Part shown: positions 1 to 8,488 of the stretch, piece after piece
How positions within the stretch are numbered: the first letter of the stretch is position 1
Layout: every line of letters begins with the position of its first letter
Origin: a virus
DNA length: 64,000 nt
Virus record (IMG/VR): IMGVR_UViG_3300025154_000076
Coordinates: 1-64,000 of that record
Strand: one strand, 5' to 3'
Position numbers and translations under genes: made by a program
The notes under the pieces: model-generated
Database searches by the model: none
What the model was told of the DNA's origin: nothing
What the model saw: only the letters and a program-made list of their open reading frames with translations

Positions 1-105
1 TGGTACGCAGATGCTTGGAGACTTCCAAAAGAGGAAAGAGCAAAATTAAGGTCAAAAACATTTGAGGGGATTGCGAAGGCTATGGCGATGCAGTGGGCTT
101 CCTAG
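1..105 (+). CDS. C-terminal fragment of a phage C5 DNA methyltransferase-like protein (5' truncated by window edge)
   Basis: Frame +1 reads WYADAWRLPKEERAKLRSKTFEGIAKAMAMQWAS*. RSKTFxGIAxAMAxQW is a C-terminal motif typical of small phage cytosine-MTase-like proteins. Confidence 0.6.
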   Translation, partial: WYADAWRLPKEERAKLRSKTFEGIAKAMAMQWAS

Positions 106-111
106 TATTGT

Positions 112-201
112 GCCTAACGGTGGGCATAAGAAACGTGGCCTTGTAACCACTTTCGAAATGCGTACCAGCTCATCGGCCATGTTTTTTATGCCGTGTTATA
201 T
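112..201. mobile_element. attC-like cassette recombination site 1
   Basis: GCCTAAC ... GTTATAT ends enclosing the inverted arms ggcataagaaacgtggcc / ggccatgttttttatgcc. Confidence 0.65.
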
Positions 202-267
202 ACTGGCGGATTTATTAAGGCAAGCATTTGATTAATAGTACTGAACAAATTTTTAATATTTTTTAGC

Positions 268-1326
268 GTGGGCATTTTTTTTAAACATATTGGGCTTTTT
301 GAAGGGATTGGCGGTTTTAGTTTAGCCGCTGAATTAATGAATTGGGAAACTACTGCCTGGTGTGAAATAAATCCATTTTGCCAACGAATTTTAAAATATC
401 ATTTTCCTAAATCGATACCTCATGAAGATATTAGAAAAACAGACTTCACTATTTACAGAGGAGCAATTGACATCATTACAGGTGGATTCCCCTGCCAACC
501 ATTTAGCCAGTCCGGAGCGCAAAAAGGAGAAGACGATGAACGATATTTATTTCCAGAAATGTTTAGAGCAATTCGAGAGATTAAAGCCCCGTGGATTGTG
601 GCAGAAAATGTTTATGGAATTACTACACGTAAATTTAGAGAAGTGTTCGAGACTATTTGTTCATCGCTGGAAGCTGAAGGGTACGAAGTTCAACCGGTTA
701 TTATTCCAGCTTCAGCGGTCGGAGCTCCGCACGAACGAGACCGGGTTTGGTTTATTGCCTACAATTCAAACGCAGGGTTTGAAAATATGCGACAAAAATG
801 GGAAAACTCAGTTCATAGATTTGAACCTATTGCCAACTCCAACGGCTCACCAACAGAAAACGAAATACAAGCAAGGTGGAACGAGTTTAACGGCAAAACT
901 ATTACCAACTCCGACAAACTCAATGGTGACTTATCAGGACTTTATTCAAGCGGGATTTCACAGTTCGAAAAGGCCGGAATATTCGAAAATAATATTACCA
1001 ACACCAATGAGTTCAGATTGGAAGGGTTCAAAGCAAAAAAGGAAAGAAAACTCACAATTAACGGAAACTGTTGGAGCGAGTTCCCAACTCAATCCCCTAT
1101 TTGTAGCAGAAATGATGGGATTTCCTTTGGATTGGATGATATTACCTTTTCAAAATGGAGAAATGAAAGCATTAAAGGACTTGGAAACGCAATAGTTCCA
1201 CAAGTGGCAGTGCAGATATTTAAGGCAATTCAAACGGCTGCCTTAGCAGACGAAGCGCGCTGGCAAAAAATATTAAAACTTTGCCCACAAACTTCAATTA
1301 ATGGCACTGAAACCGCTTGTATATAA
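268..1326 (+). CDS. C5 cytosine DNA methyltransferase, alpha-type subunit
   Basis: Motif I LFEGIGGF, IV GGFPCQPFS, VI ENV, VIII HERDRVWF and X GLGNAIVPQ. Motif IX is not apparent in this frame. Confidence 0.9.
   Translation: MGIFFKHIGLFEGIGGFSLAAELMNWETTAWCEINPFCQRILKYHFPKSIPHEDIRKTDFTIYRGAIDIITGGFPCQPFSQSGAQKGEDDERYLFPEMFRAIREIKAPWIVAENVYGITTRKFREVFETICSSLEAEGYEVQPVIIPASAVGAPHERDRVWFIAYNSNAGFENMRQKWENSVHRFEPIANSNGSPTENEIQARWNEFNGKTITNSDKLNGDLSGLYSSGISQFEKAGIFENNITNTNEFRLEGFKAKKERKLTINGNCWSEFPTQSPICSRNDGISFGLDDITFSKWRNESIKGLGNAIVPQVAVQIFKAIQTAALADEARWQKILKLCPQTSINGTETACI
422..1195 (+). CDS. Nested alternative-frame MTase beta-type subunit (M.EcoHK31I-beta-like)
   Basis: 257-aa ORF lying entirely inside the MTase gene. 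It ends in a motif-IX-like LNPLFVAEMMGFPLDW and has four LLPT(P) repeats. Confidence 0.7.
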   Translation: MKILEKQTSLFTEEQLTSLQVDSPANHLASPERKKEKTMNDIYFQKCLEQFERLKPRGLWQKMFMELLHVNLEKCSRLFVHRWKLKGTKFNRLLFQLQRSELRTNETGFGLLPTIQTQGLKICDKNGKTQFIDLNLLPTPTAHQQKTKYKQGGTSLTAKLLPTPTNSMVTYQDFIQAGFHSSKRPEYSKIILPTPMSSDWKGSKQKRKENSQLTETVGASSQLNPLFVAEMMGFPLDWMILPFQNGEMKALKDLETQ

Positions 1327-1416
1327 CGTTTTGCGTATAAGAGATGTGGCACTTATACGAATGTTTAAATCAAGGCACAAAGCCCAATGTGCCATATCTT
1401 TTATACGCTGTTATGT
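1321..1416. mobile_element. attC-like site 2
   Basis: ATATAAC ... GTTATGT with arms gcgtataagagatgtggcac / gtgccatatcttttatacgc. The MTase stop codon lies in TAAC. Confidence 0.65.
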
Positions 1417-1457
1417 GCTGGGCGGTTTATCAGCACTAAATTTAATTTAAAAACAAA

Positions 1458-1673
1458 ATGATTATTACAGTAAAAATGAAAGACGGTGAAAGACAAAAGC
1501 CGATTGTAACTATTGACACAGAAACTTGCTTATATCCATACGCAATTATAGAAGCATTGGAATTAGCTTTAAGACTTGATGGCTATGATGAAAGTACAAT
1601 TAAGCAAGTTTTTAATCGCCAAAACGATGCAAAGTGTGAACCTGAACCGTCTGCTGATTTAGCACGGTCGTAG
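1458..1673 (+). CDS. Hypothetical protein (cassette ORF)
   Basis: 71-aa ORF between attC-like sites 2 and 3. Confidence 0.6.
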   Translation: MIITVKMKDGERQKPIVTIDTETCLYPYAIIEALELALRLDGYDESTIKQVFNRQNDAKCEPEPSADLARS

Positions 1674-1679
1674 CCTTGC

Positions 1680-1810
1680 ACATAACGACTACGTGTATGT
1701 TGTCGTTGCGTGATTGAAACAAAAATGTTAAATATAAAAATACAGTAAAATGAAAAAACAAAACTTGGATAACCCACAGGAGCAGCAATGCAATATACAC
1801 GATGTTAGGC
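1680..1810. mobile_element. attC-like site 3
   Basis: ACATAAC ... GTTAGGC with arms cgtgtatgttgtcgttgc / gcaatgcaatatacacg. Confidence 0.6.
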
Positions 1811-1974
1811 TTTCGTTGCCTGACATTAGGAACAAACTGTCTCCAATAAAAAACTTGATAGCAATGCTTGAAAATGGACTAATGAAAGGTACAATAGAAG
1901 TACACCCTTATATACAAAAGGAAATTGAGCAATGTAAAAAAAGCATTGCGTATTTGTCGGGCAATGAAGCCTAA
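1750..1974 (+). CDS. Hypothetical protein (cassette ORF starting inside attC-like site 3)
   Basis: 74-aa ORF whose stop TAA is part of GCCTAAC. Confidence 0.55.
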   Translation: MKKQNLDNPQEQQCNIHDVRLSLPDIRNKLSPIKNLIAMLENGLMKGTIEVHPYIQKEIEQCKKSIAYLSGNEA

Positions 1975-2008
1975 CTCGTTTATAATGTCAATTCAAAAAA
2001 TTGAACCA
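1972..2008 (-). mobile_element. Putative attI-like array-terminal site (copy 1)
   Basis: 31/37 identical to 55053-55089. The bottom strand ends in the GTTAGGC core. Confidence 0.5.
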
Positions 2009-2243
2009 TATGCAACTAACTAAAAGAGAACAAGATATACTCAACAGAATAGAACAATTAATATTTAAAGGTGAGTTAACTAATGCCTTTTTAGTTCAAA
2101 ATATTGAACTAAGCGGAAGATATTTAAACCTTAAAACAAGATCAGATTATGCCAATGAAAATAACAAAAGCTACAATGGTGTAAAAAATTGTCGTAAAAA
2201 TATACGCTTGTTCAATGTAAATTTTATAATAGATAACGAATAA
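2001..2243 (+). CDS. Hypothetical protein
   Basis: ORF track; the likely ATG start is at 2010. Confidence 0.55.
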   Translation: MNHMQLTKREQDILNRIEQLIFKGELTNAFLVQNIELSGRYLNLKTRSDYANENNKSYNGVKNCRKNIRLFNVNFIIDNE

Positions 2244-2253
2244 CCTAAAAATC

Positions 2254-2433
2254 ATGAAAGAATCACTCCAAAGAAGGGTTGCACAAAAGCAACAACAAAT
2301 AGCCATTGACATGAAAAAAGCAACTAAACATGCTGTACAAAACAATGTAGAAGGATTTATTAAATTTGCTCTACAAGTGAATGACTTAAACTATGAAAAA
2401 AAAGTATTGGAAGAAATTATTATTAATCTTTAA
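2254..2433 (+). CDS. Small hypothetical protein (59 aa, MKESLQRRVAQK...)
   Basis: Translated by hand; it fills the gap in a co-directional operon. Confidence 0.5.
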   Translation: MKESLQRRVAQKQQQIAIDMKKATKHAVQNNVEGFIKFALQVNDLNYEKKVLEEIIINL

Positions 2434-2443
2434 ATTTAAAATT

Positions 2444-2728
2444 ATGAATGAATATGTAGTATTGGACAATATCGCTGTTAGGGTGATAAAAAAAGAAGAA
2501 AAGAAAACACCAGGGGGAATTATCATCCCTGAAACAGTGAATGACAAAGACCCCATACGTGGGGAGGTGGTAATGGTAGGAAAAGGAAGGATGGGTGAAA
2601 AAATGCAGGTTAATGTAGGGGATATAATCCTTTTTAACAGGCATATTGGTACAAAAATTAAAACTGATGCAGGTGAAGAACTTATTATCATGCGACAATC
2701 AGAAATCACTTTTGGAATGAAAAAATAA
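2444..2728 (+). CDS. groES: Co-chaperonin GroES
   Basis: Motifs EEKKTPGGIIIPET, GEVVMVGKG, VNVGDIILF and ELIIMRQSEI; ATG at 2444. Confidence 0.88.
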   Translation: MNEYVVLDNIAVRVIKKEEKKTPGGIIIPETVNDKDPIRGEVVMVGKGRMGEKMQVNVGDIILFNRHIGTKIKTDAGEELIIMRQSEITFGMKK

Positions 2729-2742
2729 AAAATAATATTAAC

Positions 2743-2949
2743 ATGGACACAAGAGAACTATATCAGCTACTATCAAACAAAACTCTTATCGCTATTGAAA
2801 GAGATTTGGAAATAATTGAAATCTTTGCTGTGAATAAAGGGTCAAAAAAAGAGGTGAAAAAACAACTCAACTATTTGCGATCCGAAATAATTCGAGGTAC
2901 AAAAAAGGTATCTCTTATAGAAGAAACACTTCAAAAAATGGCACAATGA
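2743..2949 (+). CDS. Hypothetical protein
   Basis: ORF track, operon context. Confidence 0.55.
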   Translation: MDTRELYQLLSNKTLIAIERDLEIIEIFAVNKGSKKEVKKQLNYLRSEIIRGTKKVSLIEETLQKMAQ

Positions 2950-3182
2950 GTTATTTTTTTACTGAAAAATCAATTATGGAGGAAGGTACAACCATCCTTT
3001 ATGATAACACCACCTACAAAGAGATAGGAAGGATTAACCCATTATTGCATGATAATTTCACTGCAATAATTACTACAGGAAGAAAAAAGGGAAAACAATT
3101 TCATTCCCGGTTTAAATCCATTTGTGAAGGATGGATAGCATCTCATTTTTACCATAAAAAAAAGAAATCATATGCTTACTAA
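2946..3182 (+). CDS. Hypothetical protein
   Basis: ORF track, ATGA overlap with the upstream gene. Confidence 0.55.
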   Translation: MSYFFTEKSIMEEGTTILYDNTTYKEIGRINPLLHDNFTAIITTGRKKGKQFHSRFKSICEGWIASHFYHKKKKSYAY

Positions 3183-3348
3183 TATTTTAATAACTATATT
3201 TTTGGTTTGGGCAGGACTAAGCGCAACCTTAGTAAACAGCAAAACATCATACATTAAATTGTGGACTGTATTTTTTCCGGTAGGACTATTGTTATTTTTT
3301 ATTGTGGCATTGGATGAAGGGTTGAAATTAATTAAGAAGATTTTTTAA
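3172..3348 (+). CDS. Small two-TM membrane protein (58 aa)
   Basis: Hand translation gives MLTNILITIFLVWAGLSATL...WTVFFPVGLLLFFIVAL. Confidence 0.5.
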   Translation: MLTNILITIFLVWAGLSATLVNSKTSYIKLWTVFFPVGLLLFFIVALDEGLKLIKKIF

Positions 3349-3360
3349 CCCCTTATTCCC

Positions 3361-3405
3361 AAAACAAAAAACAGCTATCAGTTAATTGGTAGCTGTTTTT
3401 GTTTT
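3361..3405. terminator. Bidirectional rho-independent terminator
   Basis: aaaacaaaaaacagctatca-gttaat-tggtagctgtttttgtttt, located between convergent operons. Confidence 0.8.
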
Positions 3406-3928
3406 AGGTAAGTTCTAAAATTAGTTTTTCTCTCAAGCGGTATATTTCCATCCAATCACATTTCCCTCCAAGGTCTTTTATCTTATTAGCATAGTTAAGT
3501 CGCTTTTCTATTGTTCCTAAGTCCATGAGATTGTGTTCTTCGGGGGTGAGCAGGATTATGTTTTGTTTTACGAGCCTGTAGAGGGGATAACTTTTCTTAT
3601 TTAGTACATGAGCAAACAAATTTGGGAAATAAGGGGTTCCTGCATATTGGTCTAAAGATATTCCTGTCAAAAAAGATTTATGAACCCTTTCTTTCCATAT
3701 CTCATTGAACATTGCCAATTCTCCTGTAGGTTTTTTAATCTTTGTTTTAACCTTTCCTGTTTTAAGCCTAAAAACATTTGAACAATATTCACATAAACCG
3801 GATGAAAACAAATACCTTGGCCTACCACATCCATATCCCTCTGCCTTGCCGAACCCCTTACATATTTTTTCTTTGCGTTGGATCATATTTTTTGTATGTA
3901 GTGAATTAAATTTTGTTTTAATTTCCAT
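3404..3928 (-). CDS. Putative HNH/NinG-like nuclease with Cys-rich N-terminus
   Basis: FAHVL.KK.YP..R....NI.LLTPEEH motif plus Cys motifs; start uncertain. Confidence 0.5.
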   Translation of the reverse strand: MEIKTKFNSLHTKNMIQRKEKICKGFGKAEGYGCGRPRYLFSSGLCEYCSNVFRLKTGKVKTKIKKPTGELAMFNEIWKERVHKSFLTGISLDQYAGTPYFPNLFAHVLNKKSYPLYRLVKQNIILLTPEEHNLMDLGTIEKRLNYANKIKDLGGKCDWMEIYRLREKLILELT

Positions 3929-3956
3929 TATTTTAAGTTTTAAATGTTTGACTACG

Positions 3957-5309
3957 TTAATATTCTTTTGGCAATTGCTCAATAATTTTCTTAATAAGAT
4001 CTTCATTAGGCTGAAAATCTTTCTTAATACTTACATTAGCTGCCCTGGTTTTAGATGTAGAACGAGGAAATTTATAGGTTACCTTTCCCATGTTATCTGG
4101 TAGTTCAAGTTCATCCCATCTGCCATCAGATGCTTTTTTTATGAACAGATTTAATATCTCTGTTCTTTTTTCATCCAACACCTTGATATAGTTTCTGAAT
4201 ATTTCATCTTGTTTGGCCAATACCAATTCATCAGGGGTTGCCAATATCTTATTTTCAGGAGTTTCTTTCTCCATGAATTTTTCAGATACATAAGCAGGAT
4301 AATTCACCTCTTTGTTTCCCAAAGGTTCACATTCATTTATCACCTGTTGCGCTCTTTCGGCTGTTTCGAAATCCATTATCTTTTCTGCTTCGTTTCTCAC
4401 CGCAATAGCTTGTCTTGCCCATCTCACTTTTTCCATGAACCCATTACCTTGCTTTAACATAAACTGGATAAAGGGTTCATTACGTTCAAATTTATTCACC
4501 TGGAAGATATTGGATCCTATTTTTACAGGTATTTCTGCATAGTCTGATTCTGATACAAGCATTTGAAGTTGGACTTGTGCTTGGTAACTTTTTGGTAAGA
4601 TAAAATTTCCTGAATTGTAGGATTTAAAAAATATATCACAAATAGTATAATCAGCTCCATAGTCTGTTCCATTATTTCTTGCTACATCGGTGGACATTGT
4701 TTTAGCCTCTACAGGGAACCCATTACTTTGTTCTCCTGTTATCAAATTAACACTTCCTTTTCTTGCCCAAAAATCCAATGAAACAAAGAAATTACGATAA
4801 TCCGGATTAACTAAATATCCTTTTACTTCATCTGCCCTTCTGAAAAGAATATCATTCTTTTGTTTTTCCCTATATGATTTGACCCATATCTCATAATCTT
4901 TAATATTAAATTGATCCACTATTTTTGAATATTCCAATACCGGATCATTTCTTAATGCAAGATCAAGTTTTTTTGATATTTCAATATATCCTTCAGGTGT
5001 ATTATCCCAACATTCCCAAAGTTCTTTTACATCATTCTCACCCCTTCTTCCAAAAAACATAGCTGCATTGTCATAACTCTTGTCAATTGCTTTTTCACCT
5101 ATCTTTTGGTCAAATTTCTGTAAGCAAACATCATATTTCCATGTAAGGTAAAGTATTGTGCCTATCTCTGATGCCCCTATACCTCCATCATAGGCTTTTT
5201 GTCCATAAGGAGCTGCCTGATCATCTGTTAGTCCTAAGGTTCTAAATAAGAACCAATCATCACTGTGTGTGGGGATGTTGTAGTTTAAAAGTTTTTTAAA
5301 TATGTCCAT
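3957..5309 (-). CDS. YqaJ/lambda-exonuclease family recombination nuclease
   Basis: Motifs GIGASEI, SLD, EAKT and YQAQVQLQMLVS. Confidence 0.8.
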   Translation of the reverse strand: MDIFKKLLNYNIPTHSDDWFLFRTLGLTDDQAAPYGQKAYDGGIGASEIGTILYLTWKYDVCLQKFDQKIGEKAIDKSYDNAAMFFGRRGENDVKELWECWDNTPEGYIEISKKLDLALRNDPVLEYSKIVDQFNIKDYEIWVKSYREKQKNDILFRRADEVKGYLVNPDYRNFFVSLDFWARKGSVNLITGEQSNGFPVEAKTMSTDVARNNGTDYGADYTICDIFFKSYNSGNFILPKSYQAQVQLQMLVSESDYAEIPVKIGSNIFQVNKFERNEPFIQFMLKQGNGFMEKVRWARQAIAVRNEAEKIMDFETAERAQQVINECEPLGNKEVNYPAYVSEKFMEKETPENKILATPDELVLAKQDEIFRNYIKVLDEKRTEILNLFIKKASDGRWDELELPDNMGKVTYKFPRSTSKTRAANVSIKKDFQPNEDLIKKIIEQLPKEY

Positions 5310-5316
5310 GTTTTTT

Positions 5317-5715
5317 TTAACCTTTTACTTGTTCCAATACATCACCAGGCTTTACCTCTTTTTCATGTAATTCTATTAACTTATCCATATTATAGAACCC
5401 ATTATCTTTGCATCGTTCCTTTTCTTCCATCACAAGATTATACCAATGAAGCCAATTAAGGTGTTTTACATCCCTTTCTACATATCTTTTAAAAGCAGAT
5501 AGGTCTGCATTGCGTTTAGCCTTGTAATCATAGGACATCTTACAAAATTGAACCCACTTTTCAGATAGTTTTTCAATCTCTATCTTAAAACCTATAGTAA
5601 ATTCAATCTTATCCCCATTAACGATTAAATAATTATATTTTAACCCTTCATATTGGCCAATCAAATTATTTAATCGTTTAGCAGATTTTTTTTCTAAAAT
5701 AATCTGATGGTTCAT
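5317..5715 (-). CDS. Hypothetical protein
   Basis: ORF track, operon context. Confidence 0.6.
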   Translation of the reverse strand: MNHQIILEKKSAKRLNNLIGQYEGLKYNYLIVNGDKIEFTIGFKIEIEKLSEKWVQFCKMSYDYKAKRNADLSAFKRYVERDVKHLNWLHWYNLVMEEKERCKDNGFYNMDKLIELHEKEVKPGDVLEQVKG

Positions 5716-7517
5716 TTTTCAAATCTTGTTATTTCAAGTTTTATCAGGGCAAGTTCTCCATCGTTACATTTGTAGGCGAAATCAGATAAATCAAGAAATT
5801 TGTTATATCTCTTTTTTATGATCTTAAATATCTGTTCATCGGTAACATCTGATCTTATATCCCTCAATGCCTTCAGTACATTAAAAGCATCTTCCTTTAA
5901 CCTGTTATCCGGGTTCACCTCCTCTTTTTTTTCTTTAACCACCTCTTTTGACACCTTATTCTGTCCTGTGATCACAACCTTTGTTCCGGTAACTAAGGAT
6001 TCTATTATGGATTCAAGAGGTACATCGTTATTCCATAATTTGACAAAGATAAATTGTATGTCATCCTTGCCTGATATGCCTATTACATCGGCTTGCATGA
6101 ACCCCTTATTCGAGTTAAACATCACATTTTTGCTTGTGAAATCAACACCTGAAGCTACCGGGAAACAAATACATTTTGATTTGCCATCTTTGGTGTTGGC
6201 TATATAAGCATCATCCACACTCTCCACTGTGGTTTGTTTTGTTTTGGATGTAGTGGGTTTATCTGGATTAATAATTACTCCTTCAGGAAAAGGATTCATG
6301 TCTTCTAATTCTTTATATCTTTCAGCAAAAACTTCTTTATTAAAAGTACCCTGATACGTTAATGCTTCACCTTCTTTTACCTCTAATGTCATTCCTTGTG
6401 GATATAATACAAATACATGCTTCTTATTTACAGGTGTTGCCAAAATAGATGCCAGTTCGTCTTTATCGAGCCATTTTATGTGATCAATAATAAGAATTTC
6501 TGTATCCCCCGATTTTGTTGTTCCCATAATTTCATCCCCTATATTTATATCATAGGTGAAATTTCTTTTTGCTGTAAACAGATAACAATCTTTCCCTTCC
6601 TTTGTCTGTTTAACCTCAGAATTGTAAAATAGGGTAATGTATTTATCGTAATTCACCTCATTACCATCTATCACCTCTATTGAACCATTATCATTAATTT
6701 TAAGACTATATTCAGAAGAAGTTCGCATATTCAGAACAATGGCTGAATTAGGAAATCTTTCATCCCATTTTTCATTTTTAATAAGATTGAAAACAGCTTC
6801 ATCCTTATTTTCACTTTCAAAAGCCTCAATTATTCTTTGTGCAAGGGCTAATGTTTTTGTAGGTTTAAAATCTTTTCCAATATCATCTTTTGAAAGATAA
6901 CCCTGTGCAAAGATATATTCCCATGCTTCACCTTCATTTTTAAGATTCATATCATCCAAAGAACGAGTTTCCTTTTTTGGCTGTAACTGACTTTCTTCCT
7001 TTTCCCTATTTACAATCTCATTTATTTTGTCATTTATTTTGTCATTTATTTCATCAATGGAGGTAATGGGTTTCATACCATCATTTTCTACCGAAGTTTT
7101 TCTTTTTTCAACCCTTGAACCCATTATTTCATCTGCCCCGGCAAGCACATCATCAATACCTACCCCTGCATGGGCTAAAGCCTTTGATATTGCCCTTGTT
7201 TGTGCTGTGGACAATGCTGTTTCTATTGTACCATATTCGGAGTCATCAAGAGCCTTAAAATAGCTTGCTTCATATACCTCTTTCGGATAAGGGGTTTCAC
7301 TTTCTTTTCTTAACCAATTAAATGTTACCCTAACAGATACAAGCCATCCTGGTATTGCTTTATCATTGTTATAAAGTGTTTCAAATTTTGTTTCTTTAAA
7401 ATAAACACTGTATGTGTTATCTTCCCGGATTGCTTTTAGTCTTTCTGATGCTGAAGCAACATGAATTGTTGCATTACCTTGTTTTATTTCTATTGTCTTT
7501 ACCTCATTTGATTTCAT
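5712..7517 (-). CDS. Putative Rad52/Sak-like ssDNA-annealing protein with long C-terminal extension
   Basis: ETALSTAQTRAISKALAHAGVGID resembles the Rad52-like SSAP core; it lies next to the exonuclease. Confidence 0.5.
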   Translation of the reverse strand: MKSNEVKTIEIKQGNATIHVASASERLKAIREDNTYSVYFKETKFETLYNNDKAIPGWLVSVRVTFNWLRKESETPYPKEVYEASYFKALDDSEYGTIETALSTAQTRAISKALAHAGVGIDDVLAGADEIMGSRVEKRKTSVENDGMKPITSIDEINDKINDKINEIVNREKEESQLQPKKETRSLDDMNLKNEGEAWEYIFAQGYLSKDDIGKDFKPTKTLALAQRIIEAFESENKDEAVFNLIKNEKWDERFPNSAIVLNMRTSSEYSLKINDNGSIEVIDGNEVNYDKYITLFYNSEVKQTKEGKDCYLFTAKRNFTYDINIGDEIMGTTKSGDTEILIIDHIKWLDKDELASILATPVNKKHVFVLYPQGMTLEVKEGEALTYQGTFNKEVFAERYKELEDMNPFPEGVIINPDKPTTSKTKQTTVESVDDAYIANTKDGKSKCICFPVASGVDFTSKNVMFNSNKGFMQADVIGISGKDDIQFIFVKLWNNDVPLESIIESLVTGTKVVITGQNKVSKEVVKEKKEEVNPDNRLKEDAFNVLKALRDIRSDVTDEQIFKIIKKRYNKFLDLSDFAYKCNDGELALIKLEITRFEK

Positions 7518-7572
7518 GTGTGTGTTTTTTAATTATTAATTATTTTAAACCCCTTATTCATTCTCATTTTTT

Positions 7573-8019
7573 CTATTTCCATGCCTCACCTTTGTTTTCA
7601 AGGTTTTCATTCACTTTTTCTATTTTCCATTTTTTATTATTAATAGCAACAACTTTGTCATCTACTTCGACATAATATATAACCTCAAGATAATTGTTAA
7701 TAGAAAATCCCAATATTTTACCATTTGTTATATTTCTGGTAGATTTAATTGAACTTATTAGTATGCCAAGTGTAGGTTCTTGATTGTGCGCATTAATAAT
7801 AGTTCCTTTAGGAAAGAAGCCACTTGCAAAAGCTGATGAAACAAAAGAAATAATGTTTCTTTGATCATCTTTTAAACTTTCACAAGAACTATGCAAATTA
7901 ATTATATCAGTCTTAAAATCTTTTGTGATACCTTGTAAATCTCGTATAGTTGCTCTTAAATACTCAATTTCGTTAAAAAGAGAATTCATACCCTCTCTTA
8001 ATTTTCTTTTTGTTTCCAT
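7573..8019 (-). CDS. Hypothetical coiled-coil protein (paralog A)
   Basis: Starts METKRKLR, as does the neighbouring gene. Confidence 0.65.
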   Translation of the reverse strand: METKRKLREGMNSLFNEIEYLRATIRDLQGITKDFKTDIINLHSSCESLKDDQRNIISFVSSAFASGFFPKGTIINAHNQEPTLGILISSIKSTRNITNGKILGFSINNYLEVIYYVEVDDKVVAINNKKWKIEKVNENLENKGEAWK

Positions 8020-8055
8020 TACTATTGTTTTTAATTATTAATTAGTTTAAACCCA

Positions 8056-8445
8056 TTATTCATTCACCACTTCTATATTCCAAGCACTACTATAAATAGT
8101 TTTGATTTCTTTTCCGTTTTTAACATAATACATCAACTCAAAATCATCTGTAATCTTATGACCCAATATTCTGCCACTACTTATTTTTTCTGTAACATAC
8201 AAACGTTGTGATCTTGCTTCTCCTATTGATCTTAATGTAATTAACGGTTTTTTCTCCGCATTTACAAAGGTTCCTTCCATTAAGATAGTTCCTAATAAAT
8301 GATTTTTAATAAAAAACTTAAAATTATTATTAGTTTCTTTTAAAATATTAAACCGAGAACCTAAATCTTGTATGTATTCGTTTAAATTTACAACTTCTCT
8401 TTCAAGTTTTTCTATACTAACTCTTAGTTTTCTTTTTGTTTCCAT
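8056..8445 (-). CDS. Hypothetical coiled-coil protein (paralog B)
   Basis: Starts METKRKLR; shares G.ILG..I...E..YYV....W.IE.VNE with paralog A. Confidence 0.65.
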   Translation of the reverse strand: METKRKLRVSIEKLEREVVNLNEYIQDLGSRFNILKETNNNFKFFIKNHLLGTILMEGTFVNAEKKPLITLRSIGEARSQRLYVTEKISSGRILGHKITDDFELMYYVKNGKEIKTIYSSAWNIEVVNE

Positions 8446-8488
8446 GATTATTGTTTTTAAATTATTATTTTATTGAACCCCTTATTCC

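Noticed and set aside
2393-2443. N-terminal extension of GroES in the ORF track
   Set aside because: It overlaps the upstream 59-aa ORF; the ATG at 2444 gives a canonical GroES length.
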